Source: a virus (lineage: Duplodnaviria > Caudoviricetes). Taken from it: a DNA stretch of 64,000 bases. A model generated the notes under the pieces. It saw only the letters and a program-made list of their open reading frames with translations, had not been told where the DNA came from and searched no databases. The DNA lies in the IMG/VR virus record IMGVR_UViG_3300021387_000087, one strand, 5' to 3'. This document shows, piece after piece, positions 55,518 to 64,000 of the stretch; positions within the stretch are counted from its first letter, which is position 1, and every line of letters starts with the position of its first letter. Position numbers and translations under genes: made by a program.

Positions 55518-55602
55518 GGGATTCGCACAGCAAAATAAAATGGATAAACAAAAATTCTGCAAAAATTTGAGTGAGTGGGTTCAAATCCCTAAACGAATCC
55601 TG
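55518..55602 (+). ncRNA. Stand-alone module RNA F with Cys(GCA)-like anticodon arm and T-loop remnant
   Basis: GGGATTC-GC-ACAGCAA ... AAATT-CTGCAAA-AATTT ... GGG-TTCAAAT-CCC ... GAATCCT-G. Confidence 0.72.
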
Positions 55603-55679
55603 TTTTGTAACTATAGCAGTGTCATGAATTATTTAAAAACGAAAAATATAAAACAAAACATTTAAAAAAGGTAAAACAA

Positions 55680-56048
55680 ATGAAAATCAACTGGTTAGAC
55701 GAATCGCCTCTGACTTATGAAGAAGCAATGGAATTGTTAAGTCATTCGCACGAGAAGCGTCTGGAAATGGAAGATAAAAATAAATGGGATGCTTATGTAA
55801 ATGATTTTACGTTCTGGACTTTTCTCAATGATACTTACGGTTATATGCTTGATGAAGTTAAAAAAGAGGTTGATGATTTTTATTTAAAATATTCTTATCC
55901 AAAGGTTAGAGAAATAATTGATTGGGAAATAATTTTAAATAGAAGTGATGAACTTGCAAAAGATATTTTAAAGCAAGAAGAAAAAGAAAATATTTGGGAA
56001 ATCATAGAAGATTGGTGGATAACATTATTTATAGCATTATATCTTTAA
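55680..56048 (+). CDS. Hypothetical protein
   Basis: ORF with AAGG RBS inside the tRNA cluster. Confidence 0.6.
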   Translation: MKINWLDESPLTYEEAMELLSHSHEKRLEMEDKNKWDAYVNDFTFWTFLNDTYGYMLDEVKKEVDDFYLKYSYPKVREIIDWEIILNRSDELAKDILKQEEKENIWEIIEDWWITLFIALYL

Positions 56049-56085
56049 TTAATTTAGGTCATGTGAAATTTTCTATAAATAGATT

Positions 56086-56152
56086 GGGACGCTTACAGCA
56101 AAGTTATTTGGGAATAGACTTTTAATCTATGTAACCGAAATAAAGCGTCCTG
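56086..56152 (+). ncRNA. Stand-alone module RNA G with Lys(TTT)-like anticodon arm
   Basis: GGGACGC-TT-ACAGCAA ... ATAGA-CTTTTAA-TCTAT ... GCGTCCT-G. Confidence 0.75.
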
Positions 56153-56190
56153 TTTAAAAGAAGTTAAGTTGTGCACAACTATTAAAAAGT

Positions 56191-56263
56191 ATGTCTCTAG
56201 TGTCAGCGGATAGCACGGTGGTCTCCAAAACCACAAGGCAGAGTTCGAATCTCTGGGGGCATG
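56191..56263 (+). tRNA. tRNA-Trp(CCA)
   Basis: GTGGT-CTCCAAA-ACCAC; T arm CAGAG/CTCTG. Confidence 0.88.
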
Positions 56264-56405
56264 TTTAATACAAAAATCAATGGACGCATTGGTAGATGTA
56301 TTAACGCTTATCAAAGGATATCGCTAAGGGACGAAGATTAAAAGAGTGACTGAGGGTGGAGCAGATTGATCGACTGCTAACAGGTGAAAAAGTATGATAA
56401 GTGTC

Positions 56406-56476
56406 CGCACTATGGTGTAAAGGTAGCATACTTCCGATATTAGGAAGAGGTCTGCGTTCAATTCGTAGTGGTGCAA
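56406..56476 (+). tRNA. tRNA-like gene with non-canonical anticodon loop (nominal TAT)
   Basis: Full cloverleaf, but the loop GATATTA lacks U33 and purine 37; C1-A72 mismatch. Confidence 0.6.
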
Positions 56477-56726
56477 TCTGCGCAGAAGATAGGAGACCAA
56501 ATGATACCAATGCTCTAGTTTGGTGATGTGGGGTACACGGTAAACCTTAATCCGTGATGCCATAAAGGAGAGAAAAAATGAGTATTAAAGATAAAATGGT
56601 TAATGCAAAGACAACAGATTGGCTTACAAAAGATATTTCTGATTTAGAACTTAAATGGATTTGTTGGCTTGCTCGTTTCTTTGCCACTATTGAGTTAAGT
56701 ATTAAAAAAATATTAAATAAAATAAA

Positions 56727-56797
56727 CGAGGTCGTGGTGTAATGGTAGCACACCACATTTGGGATGTGGGAGAACAGTTCGAGTCTGGCGACTTCGA
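56727..56797 (+). tRNA. tRNA-Pro(TGG)
   Basis: CCACA-TTTGGGA-TGTGG; weak T stem. Confidence 0.75.
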
Positions 56798-56985
56798 CTT
56801 GAGGTTGCGCGTCTCAACCATCTTCAGAGAGTGTCAGTGTAAGTCTGTGTAATGTTGTCCTGCCAAAATCCAATATAGGGATATACCTCTTGAAAAAACT
56901 TAGAACGGTTTAGTGGATGTGGCTGTTCGATACTCGTGGCAGTTTTGTTGTAAGGGTGTTTTTCAAGCGAGTTTAATATTAATAC

Positions 56986-57060
56986 GCTCCTGTAGCTCAG
57001 TTGGTTTAGAGCAATAGATTTTTAATCTATTGGTCAGGGATTCGAGTTCCCTCAGGGGCA
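56986..57060 (+). tRNA. tRNA-Lys(TTT)
   Basis: ATAGA-TTTTTAA-TCTAT; cloverleaf. Confidence 0.9.
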
Positions 57061-57325
57061 TTAAAAGGAGGTATTACTATGTTAAATCCACTTTCTTTAC
57101 AATTTAACCAAACATGTACCGGAAAGCAAATTAATGACTGGTGTCGTTATCAAATTGAGAATAATGGATCGCATTATAAGGATGCGGTCAGGCTTCTGAA
57201 GAAAAATTTTAAAGATGATAGAACATATTATAAAACTATTAAAGCAAAAACTGCTGGATGTGGCGAAGCTGATGTAATTGAATTTAGATTGGTCGGTAAA
57301 CCGCATATTCCTTGGTGGTTAAAAA

Positions 57326-57667
57326 ATGATTAAAGAAAATACATATGATTTGTTTGCTGGAGAAGAATTAAAAATAGCAGAAAAGATCCAGCAACGGCGT
57401 TATCAAATGCTCACCCATTCTTGTTTATATTATCATTTAAATAAAAATATAATATCTGACAAACAGTGGGATACATGGGCAAGAGAACTTAAAGATTTGC
57501 AGAAACAGTATCCTGATATTTCAGCCAAGGTAACGCTGTACAATGAGTTTAAGGACTGGGATGCAAGCACAGGGGCATTCCTACCGATTGAGGAACCATG
57601 GGTTGTGATGATGGCAAAAAAACTATTAGCTGTGATAATTAATGTTTCAATTCAAAGGGGAAAATAA
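57326..57667 (+). CDS. Stand-alone LigA N-terminal (subdomain Ia)-like protein
   Basis: HSCLYY...IISDKQWD...L..L...YP resembles the NAD-ligase Ia motif YY....ISD..YD. Confidence 0.6.
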   Translation: MIKENTYDLFAGEELKIAEKIQQRRYQMLTHSCLYYHLNKNIISDKQWDTWARELKDLQKQYPDISAKVTLYNEFKDWDASTGAFLPIEEPWVVMMAKKLLAVIINVSIQRGK

Positions 57668-57672
57668 TTTAA

Positions 57673-58014
57673 ATGACTATTAATGAACAAACACTACAAG
57701 AATTGGCGAAACAATTTGGTCTAGCATTAGATTGGAGTAACAAAAATATTATTCCTTATCTTCAAAATTTGGCACAAAGAGTAATTACATACGAATTTCG
57801 TTCGTCTATTTTTTGGATTGTAATTGGAGCAATTTTTATTTTAGTTGGCGCTATTACATTATTTTTAGCCATACATAATGACGATGGATGGTTTATAATT
57901 ACGATTTTTGTATGGATGATAGGAATACTTATTATTGGAAAGCAAATAAATGACATTATTTTATGTGGGACATTACCTGAAAAAATTTTATTAAACTACA
58001 TACAATCAAATTAA
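57673..58014 (+). CDS. Membrane protein
   Basis: Two hydrophobic helices. Confidence 0.65.
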   Translation: MTINEQTLQELAKQFGLALDWSNKNIIPYLQNLAQRVITYEFRSSIFWIVIGAIFILVGAITLFLAIHNDDGWFIITIFVWMIGILIIGKQINDIILCGTLPEKILLNYIQSN

Positions 58015-58258
58015 AATTAAAGAGGATTAAATAATGAAAACAATTGAAGAAGTTAAAATAGAATGTAAATATGCAGACGTGATGACTAAAGAGGAGTTCC
58101 TTCAAGAAGTTAGTAATGGTTGTATTAATTCATTTGACGGATGTGGTTACTTTCATGATGGTGAAAAAGAAACAAATATAAGTGTTTGGGATAGATCGCT
58201 AACATGGGATAACATAAAAAAATATCCTTATGTTTGTTGGTATAACAAATAAGATTAA

Positions 58259-58331
58259 GGCTCTATAGTCTAATGGTTAGGACGCTGGCTTTTCATGCCA
58301 GAAAAGGTGAGTTCGATCCTCCCTAGAGCTA
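58259..58331 (+). tRNA. tRNA-Glu(TTC)
   Basis: CTGGC-TTTTCAT-GCCAG. Confidence 0.85.
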
Positions 58332-58332
58332 T

Positions 58333-58403
58333 GCCACTATCTGCCAATGGTAGGCGCGCTGATTTGTAATCAGTCAATCCCAGTTCGAATCTGGGTGGTG
58401 GCT
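58333..58403 (+). tRNA. tRNA-Thr(TGT)
   Basis: GCTGA-TTTGTAA-TCAGT; T arm CCCAG/CTGGG. Confidence 0.85.
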
Positions 58404-58700
58404 CTGGCATAAAGTGCCATTCTCAAAGCTGAAACGATATATGCTTTGAGCGGTTCCGCAGCAGTACCGTTAAACCTGCAAACGTGCATGTGCGGTTATG
58501 TATTATATTATCTTAATGATTTATCGGAAGGTTTGCCAGTTCGTTATGCACAGCGAATTGACAGGCTGGAAGATGCAAAACCGTGTTTCTCGCATTGCTT
58601 TTGGATTGAGGCGATGGAAGTGGTGTTGGCAACGCAAACCAACTAACAGTGTTTAGGCGTTGTGTAGAGAAGAACGTGATGTTGAGAAACATGGAATTGT

Positions 58701-58774
58701 GCTCTCGTAGCCCAACTGGAAGAGGCAACCGATTTAGGGTCGATTCAGTAAGAGTCCGAATCTCTTCGAGAGTA
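58701..58774 (+). tRNA. tRNA-Leu(TAG), short variable loop
   Basis: ACCGA-TTTAGGG-TCGAT; acceptor GCTCTCG/CGAGAGT. Confidence 0.75.
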
Positions 58775-58897
58775 TGATGCACACAATTACCAATTCAGGA
58801 AGCATCACAAGTGGCGTTGAATTGGCGTGAGGTCTTACGAAAGTAGACGATGAATAAATATATGGCTGATTGTGTTATATCATCAGCCATATTATAA

Positions 58898-58971
58898 GGA
58901 CTCTTAGCGCAATTGGTCAGCGCATCTGGCTCATAACCAGACGGTTCAGTGTTCGAGTCACTGAGAGTCCA
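58898..58971 (+). tRNA. tRNA(CAT), Ile2 or Met
   Basis: TCTGG-CTCATAA-CCAGA; GGACTCT acceptor resembles Firmicutes Ile2. Confidence 0.88.
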
Positions 58972-59141
58972 CTTGTAAAGAAAGGAATTCGTTGATGAAA
59001 TCTTGGATATATGCATTTATTATTATGCTCATAATTATTGCAGTAATAAGATTAGATATGGGCATTAATTATTGGATTGGTAATAGTAATTTGCCGTTGT
59101 GGATAAAGTTAATGTTATTAAAATAAAGAGGAGATAATTAA

Positions 59142-59576
59142 ATGGGTACAAGAAGTACGATTAGTTTTATTGAAAAGGACAAAAACGGTGAATCAACTGT
59201 AGCTTGTATTTATCAGCAATATGATGGCTATCTTGAAGGAGTTGGCAAATCACTAGTTGAATGGTTGATGCCTAAAATCATGGTTAACGGCATTCCTGAT
59301 TACGAACATGATTATGCTAATGGAATGCCAGATCTGGCTGCGCAATATGTTTATAATTTTAAAAAAGGAATTGGAAATTTGTATTTGTATTCTCCTGATT
59401 GGAACGCAGAAGAATGGTGTGATTATAATTATAAAGTAATTCATGAGTTTAATAATAATGGAAACGTAGATGATGTTCTGACTATTGAAGTAACTAATTG
59501 GGATAATAAAGAGCCATTCTTTGTTGGTAAGCCAAGTGAATTACTGGAGTATATCAAAAAAGGTGGTGATGAGTGA
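59142..59576 (+). CDS. Hypothetical protein
   Basis: MGTRS...IYQQYDGYLEGVG motif common in phages. Confidence 0.7.
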   Translation: MGTRSTISFIEKDKNGESTVACIYQQYDGYLEGVGKSLVEWLMPKIMVNGIPDYEHDYANGMPDLAAQYVYNFKKGIGNLYLYSPDWNAEEWCDYNYKVIHEFNNNGNVDDVLTIEVTNWDNKEPFFVGKPSELLEYIKKGGDE

Positions 59577-59588
59577 ATAAAAAGACTA

Positions 59589-59617
59589 TTGACAAGTGAT
59601 AATTAAATGATTAAAAT
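59589..59617 (+). promoter_or_regulatory. Sigma70-type promoter
   Basis: TTGACA-N17-TAAAAT. Confidence 0.65.
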
Positions 59618-59834
59618 ATAGACAGACGTTGAGAGATAACTAACTTATCTCTGATGTACTCTATAGAAAGGAAGTTATTAATATGGAATTGATTCAGTGC
59701 AAACACTGTGATCATTCCTATTCATTACAAGGTAAGGGGGTAAAAACATGGTGGGACGATAGCGGTTCATGCAGTACTAAATTATGCATGTGCCCAAAAT
59801 GTAAACAAATTAATATAATTAAATATGAAACTTA

Positions 59835-60422
59835 TTGGACAGAAGATGTAAACAACGACAAAAGATTATTTTATTAAAGGAGATGAAGATTATGCCATGT
59901 GAAGGAACACCTATGGAGATTTCAGGAATGTATATTGTGGATGAGAGTACAGGAAATGTAATTGCTGATTGGTCTAATTGTATTGGATCACTTATTTGTC
60001 AGCCAGTTTCTCATACAGTTCATAAAATACCAGAAATCATCGATGTAAAAGTTATTAATAAAAAAGTTATAATCGTAACATTTATCGATGGTACTCAGAC
60101 AAAGGCAGTCTGTGATAAAGATGATACATTTAATCTGGAAGTCGGTATCGGAATTTGCATTACCAAACGTCTTATGAGTAACGATGAACAGACAGGTAAT
60201 TCGATGTTTAACAAAACAATTAAGAACGCTCTTAAAGTAATGAAGCGGAATGAACAGCTTGAACAGACTCGTAAGGAGATTGCAGAAGAAGAGAAGCGAG
60301 TGGAAGAAAAGATTAAGCGTAAGAAAGAAAAGCGTGCAGAGAAGCGCAGACAGAAAAAGATTCAGATGATGGCTGATGCAATCCTGCTGGCTGATAAAAT
60401 TAAGAATGAAAACGATAATTAA
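59835..60422 (+). CDS. Hypothetical protein
   Basis: IVTFIDGTQTKAVC..DDTFNLEVG motif; coiled-coil tail. Confidence 0.65.
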   Translation: MDRRCKQRQKIILLKEMKIMPCEGTPMEISGMYIVDESTGNVIADWSNCIGSLICQPVSHTVHKIPEIIDVKVINKKVIIVTFIDGTQTKAVCDKDDTFNLEVGIGICITKRLMSNDEQTGNSMFNKTIKNALKVMKRNEQLEQTRKEIAEEEKRVEEKIKRKKEKRAEKRRQKKIQMMADAILLADKIKNENDN

Positions 60423-60441
60423 TTAAAAGGAGAAAAGAATT

Positions 60442-61359
60442 ATGGCAGAAACAAAGACAAATCTGAGACAGGCAAATACAAAGGCAACAGCAGTAGGACT
60501 TCTGACAGATAAAAAGCTTGAGATTAAGACAGATCCTAAGGATGGCGAGAAGCACATTGAAGGAACTGTTACTGTAAAAACAAGTGATAAAAACTTTGTC
60601 ACTTTTTCGGTTTATTCAAAAGAGAAGAAAAAGAATGGCGAAGAGAATAAGGCATATGCGGGACTGGTTACTGTTATGAATGAGTTCCAGTCTGTGGCTG
60701 ACGTTGGTGATAATGCGGATTATATTCGTGTGAATGGTCAGCTGAATCCTTATAGAGGACAGAATGGTAATGAAGTTATCGGATACCGTGGCAGTTTCTT
60801 TAACAGAATCCGTAATGTTGAAACCATCGAGCCTGAAGCATGTTTTGAGACTGAAATGTTTATTCAGAGTATTGTACCTGAAATGGGTAAAGATACAGAT
60901 GGTGAGATGACCGAGACTGGTCGGCTGAAGATTACTGGTTGGGTGCCGACTTATAACGGAATTGAACCTGTTGATCTGATTGTTCCTGAAGACCTTGCAG
61001 ATGCATGTGAGAATACTTATGAGCCTGGTCAGACAGTTGAATTTTATGGTGATATTATCAATAACAGTATTGAAGAGACCATCGAGAAGCCTGTTGCATT
61101 TGGTAAGCCTAAGAAAGAGGTTCGCAGGACTTATGTTAATGAACTGATTGTTACTGGTGGCTCTGATGCGTATGAGGATGAAGAAGGTGATCATGTTCCT
61201 TATGATGCAGATGCAATCAAAGGTGCAATTGCTGATAGAAATGCAGCGATTGAGGAAGCCAAGAACAAGGCTAAAAACGGTAGTGCAAATACTGGTGTTG
61301 GTAGAAAAGCCATGCCTAGTGGAAAAGCACATGGACGTACATTGGCAATAGATATGTAA
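60442..61359 (+). CDS. Putative ssDNA-binding (OB-fold) protein
   Basis: Beta-rich two-domain pattern, position before an AAA ATPase; inference. Confidence 0.45.
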   Translation: MAETKTNLRQANTKATAVGLLTDKKLEIKTDPKDGEKHIEGTVTVKTSDKNFVTFSVYSKEKKKNGEENKAYAGLVTVMNEFQSVADVGDNADYIRVNGQLNPYRGQNGNEVIGYRGSFFNRIRNVETIEPEACFETEMFIQSIVPEMGKDTDGEMTETGRLKITGWVPTYNGIEPVDLIVPEDLADACENTYEPGQTVEFYGDIINNSIEETIEKPVAFGKPKKEVRRTYVNELIVTGGSDAYEDEEGDHVPYDADAIKGAIADRNAAIEEAKNKAKNGSANTGVGRKAMPSGKAHGRTLAIDM

Positions 61360-61446
61360 AAGATAATTAAATAATATAAAATATGTTTGTCCCTAATAAT
61401 GTATATTATTGGGGACAAACGGTTGAATAATAAGGAGAAATAATTT

Positions 61447-62448
61447 ATGGCTGTAACAGTAGATATTTTTAATCCACAAGTTAGTACAATGGCAAAAGGA
61501 CTTGAAGGCAAGGTTATCCTCGTATATGGCGGGAATAATCTTGGAAAAACAAAACAGGCAACTCGCATGAAGAAGCCTTTATATTTGCCGTTTGAATATG
61601 GAATTAATTTTTTGCCTAATATTGATTACGTGCCAATTGAAAAATGGAGTGATTTTATTAAAGTTAATAAGCAGTTGTGCGATCCTGCTACTCGTGACAA
61701 AGCAAAAGAACGTTACGCTACTATTATTTTTGATGAGGTAGAAGCTGCTTCAAAATATTGTCAGGAATACGTTTGTAATTTATATGGAGCAAAATCAATT
61801 GGCACTGGTAAAGACGGCTTCGGTCTTTGGTCTGAATATGCGGATGAATTTTGGAAACAAATTAATAAATTAACAAAAGCTGGTTACTGTGTGTATTTTA
61901 TTGCACATGCACAGCAAGATAAAGATACAGGATTTATTACACCTAAAGCAGATAAACGCGCTCTCGCTCCAATTGTAAACGCAACTGACGTAACAGTATA
62001 TGTTGAATCAAATGGTGTAGATGAAAATGGAAAAGTGATTAAATCATCCGGTTATCTTGCTGAAACAGATAGATTTTTTGCAAGAAGTAGGCTTGATTAT
62101 CTTCCTACCACTAAGATTGAAGAATTTACCGCTGAAAATCTTGAGGCTGTTATTATTGAAGCAATCAAAAGGCAGGAAGAAGCTGAAGGAATTACAGCGG
62201 TTTCATTTGATGAGCAGAAAGCCACTCGTGAGGTTGCAAGAAAGACTTATGATGAATTAATGGACGAAATGCAGGAACTTGGTCTAAAAATGTCTGATAA
62301 TGGTTATATGGAAGATCTTCAGGCAATTGTTGCGAATAATCTGGGAGCAGATAGAAAAGCTTCCGAATTAAAGAGGGGACAGGAACAACAGATCGAAACA
62401 ATCATTTATGATATTCAAGAATTCCTTGCAGAGCATGGAATTAAATAA
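61447..62448 (+). CDS. AAA_24 / Sak4-like P-loop ATPase
   Basis: Walker A GGNNLGKT, Walker B IIFDE, FIAH. Confidence 0.8.
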   Translation: MAVTVDIFNPQVSTMAKGLEGKVILVYGGNNLGKTKQATRMKKPLYLPFEYGINFLPNIDYVPIEKWSDFIKVNKQLCDPATRDKAKERYATIIFDEVEAASKYCQEYVCNLYGAKSIGTGKDGFGLWSEYADEFWKQINKLTKAGYCVYFIAHAQQDKDTGFITPKADKRALAPIVNATDVTVYVESNGVDENGKVIKSSGYLAETDRFFARSRLDYLPTTKIEEFTAENLEAVIIEAIKRQEEAEGITAVSFDEQKATREVARKTYDELMDEMQELGLKMSDNGYMEDLQAIVANNLGADRKASELKRGQEQQIETIIYDIQEFLAEHGIK

Positions 62449-62548
62449 AACAACCAATCCCAAGAGGTAACAATAAATTTTAAACCACAGTCTCTCAAAT
62501 GAATAGCTTACATTCATTTGAGAGACATTTTTAACAGGTAATAATTAT

Positions 62549-63853
62549 ATGGCAGATAATAAACAATTAACTTTTATAGACTTTTTTGCTGGTATTGGTG
62601 GTATTCGTCTTGGAATGGAGCAAGCTGGGCATAAATGTCTAGGTTTTTGCGAATGTGATAAATATGCGATTGCTTCTTATACTTCAATGCACTGTATCAC
62701 AGAAAAGCAACGTGAGTTTTTAGCAACGTTGCCTTTGCGTCAGCGGCAAAAAGAAATATTAAAAGAAGAATATAGAAACGGAGAATGGTTTGCTGACAAT
62801 ATTGCAACTGTTAAAGGAGAAGATATTCCCGATTGCGATGTTTGGGTTGGTGGCTTCCCTTGTCAGGAAATTTCAATAGCGGGAAATCAGAAAGGATTTG
62901 ATGGAAACAAAAGCAGTTTATTTTTTGAAATCATTAGACTCCTTAGGGAAAAACAAGAAAATAAACCCAAATGGATTGTCTTGGAAAATGTTAGAAACAT
63001 TTTGTCAATTAAGCGAGGAGGGGTCTTTGCAAGGGTACTCATTGAATTGGACTCGTGCGGGTATGATGTCGCATGGAGAATGCTCAATAGTACAGAATTC
63101 GTCCCACAAAACAGGGAGCGAGTTTACTTTGTGGCAGGTCTTAGAGGATCTGGAGCAGATATCTCAAAAATATTTTCTGACGAAAGAACAGACGGACAAA
63201 ATAATTTTCAAGTAACACAAATTGGACAAAGAAATAGACCTACAAGACAAAATTTAAATCAATATAGAGTTTATTCTCCTGAAGGTATAGCACCCACATT
63301 AAATAAAATGGAAGGTGGCGGTCGTGAACCAATGATAGGGATTAAAGTAGTTGGCAACACAAGAAAGAAAAAAGACTATGGTGAAGATAAAGAAAGAGTA
63401 TTGTCGGCTGATGGTATTTGTCCTACTTTAAATTCTTCAGATTATAAAGAACCGTTAAAAGTAGCGATTCCTGTTTTGACTCCAGAACGAGAAAAGAAAC
63501 GTCAAATGGGTAGACGATTTAAAGAAAACGGCGAACCTGCATTTACTCTAACAGCTCTTGATAGGCATGGAGTATGTGTAGGAGTTGATGTAAATATTTC
63601 TAACGATTCTCATCCTAGTATTTATATTCAAATATCGGATAATTGTATAGGATATGCGACATGGTACGAAAAAGAGAATTGCTATGTTGTAGTACGTAAA
63701 ATTACTCCAAAAGAATCATTCCGCTTACAAGGATTCCAAGATGAGATGTTTGATCGAGCACAATTTGTTAATTCCGATAGTCAACTATATAAGCAAGCAG
63801 GGAATTCTGTTACAGTTCCTGTAATAAAAAGTTTTGTAACAAATATTAATTAA
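62549..63853 (+). CDS. dcm: C5 DNA cytosine methyltransferase
   Basis: FFAGIGG, GFPCQ, LENV, QNRERVY, RLQGF, KQAGNSV motifs. Confidence 0.92.
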   Translation: MADNKQLTFIDFFAGIGGIRLGMEQAGHKCLGFCECDKYAIASYTSMHCITEKQREFLATLPLRQRQKEILKEEYRNGEWFADNIATVKGEDIPDCDVWVGGFPCQEISIAGNQKGFDGNKSSLFFEIIRLLREKQENKPKWIVLENVRNILSIKRGGVFARVLIELDSCGYDVAWRMLNSTEFVPQNRERVYFVAGLRGSGADISKIFSDERTDGQNNFQVTQIGQRNRPTRQNLNQYRVYSPEGIAPTLNKMEGGGREPMIGIKVVGNTRKKKDYGEDKERVLSADGICPTLNSSDYKEPLKVAIPVLTPEREKKRQMGRRFKENGEPAFTLTALDRHGVCVGVDVNISNDSHPSIYIQISDNCIGYATWYEKENCYVVVRKITPKESFRLQGFQDEMFDRAQFVNSDSQLYKQAGNSVTVPVIKSFVTNIN

Positions 63854-64000
63854 AGGTATATAATATGAACATTAACATCAACAACATTCAATAGGGATTT
63901 CCTAACGGTCAATCTCCACCACAAGATTTATTTCAAGAAATGTATCAAATTTGCATGTCACATCCAGAATGCGTTGGCTGTCCATATATAAGTCAACCTG

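Noticed and set aside
51570-56152. ACAGCAA modules as CRISPR repeats or Rho-independent terminators
   Set aside because: Spacing is irregular, stems covary rather than repeat, three copies sit inside tRNAs, and there is no consistent U-tract.
1-64000. Stop-codon reassignment
   Set aside because: Conserved genes are full length in the standard code and no clear suppressor tRNA was found.

Overview
This window is part of a large, AT-rich phage genome, probably infecting a Firmicute (Clostridia-like) host; it contains no virion structural genes. Genes run leftward over 1-24.9 kb and rightward over 26.4-64 kb. The switch point holds a long palindrome, a sigma70-type promoter and a tight cluster of DnaA boxes. 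The left arm carries a nucleotidyltransferase, an SPFH protein, Gp157, a nicotinamidase, a metallo-beta-lactamase-fold protein with cell-wall-binding-like repeats and expanded families of small paralogous genes. It also carries a compact type V-F (Cas12f) CRISPR locus with tracrRNA candidate, 6 repeats, 5 spacers and no cas1/cas2 in the window. The right arm has an early/anti-defence-like gene set (DUF932, ParB-like, RadC, Gp88-like, YodL, C5 methyltransferases, Lar-like), a tyrosine recombinase, a tRNA cluster (51.5-59 kb) and replication/recombination genes. The most striking signal is in the tRNA cluster: ten copies of a covarying RNA module (7-9 bp helix + 2 nt + ACAGCAA) surround a DUF2828-like (TROVE/Ro60-like + vWA) gene. 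The module is inserted at the same anticodon-stem position in three tRNAs. It also occurs as six circularly permuted stand-alone RNAs, four of which display a clear anticodon stem-loop, and once at the start of a long non-coding region. All family assignments come from motif recognition by eye, not database searches.
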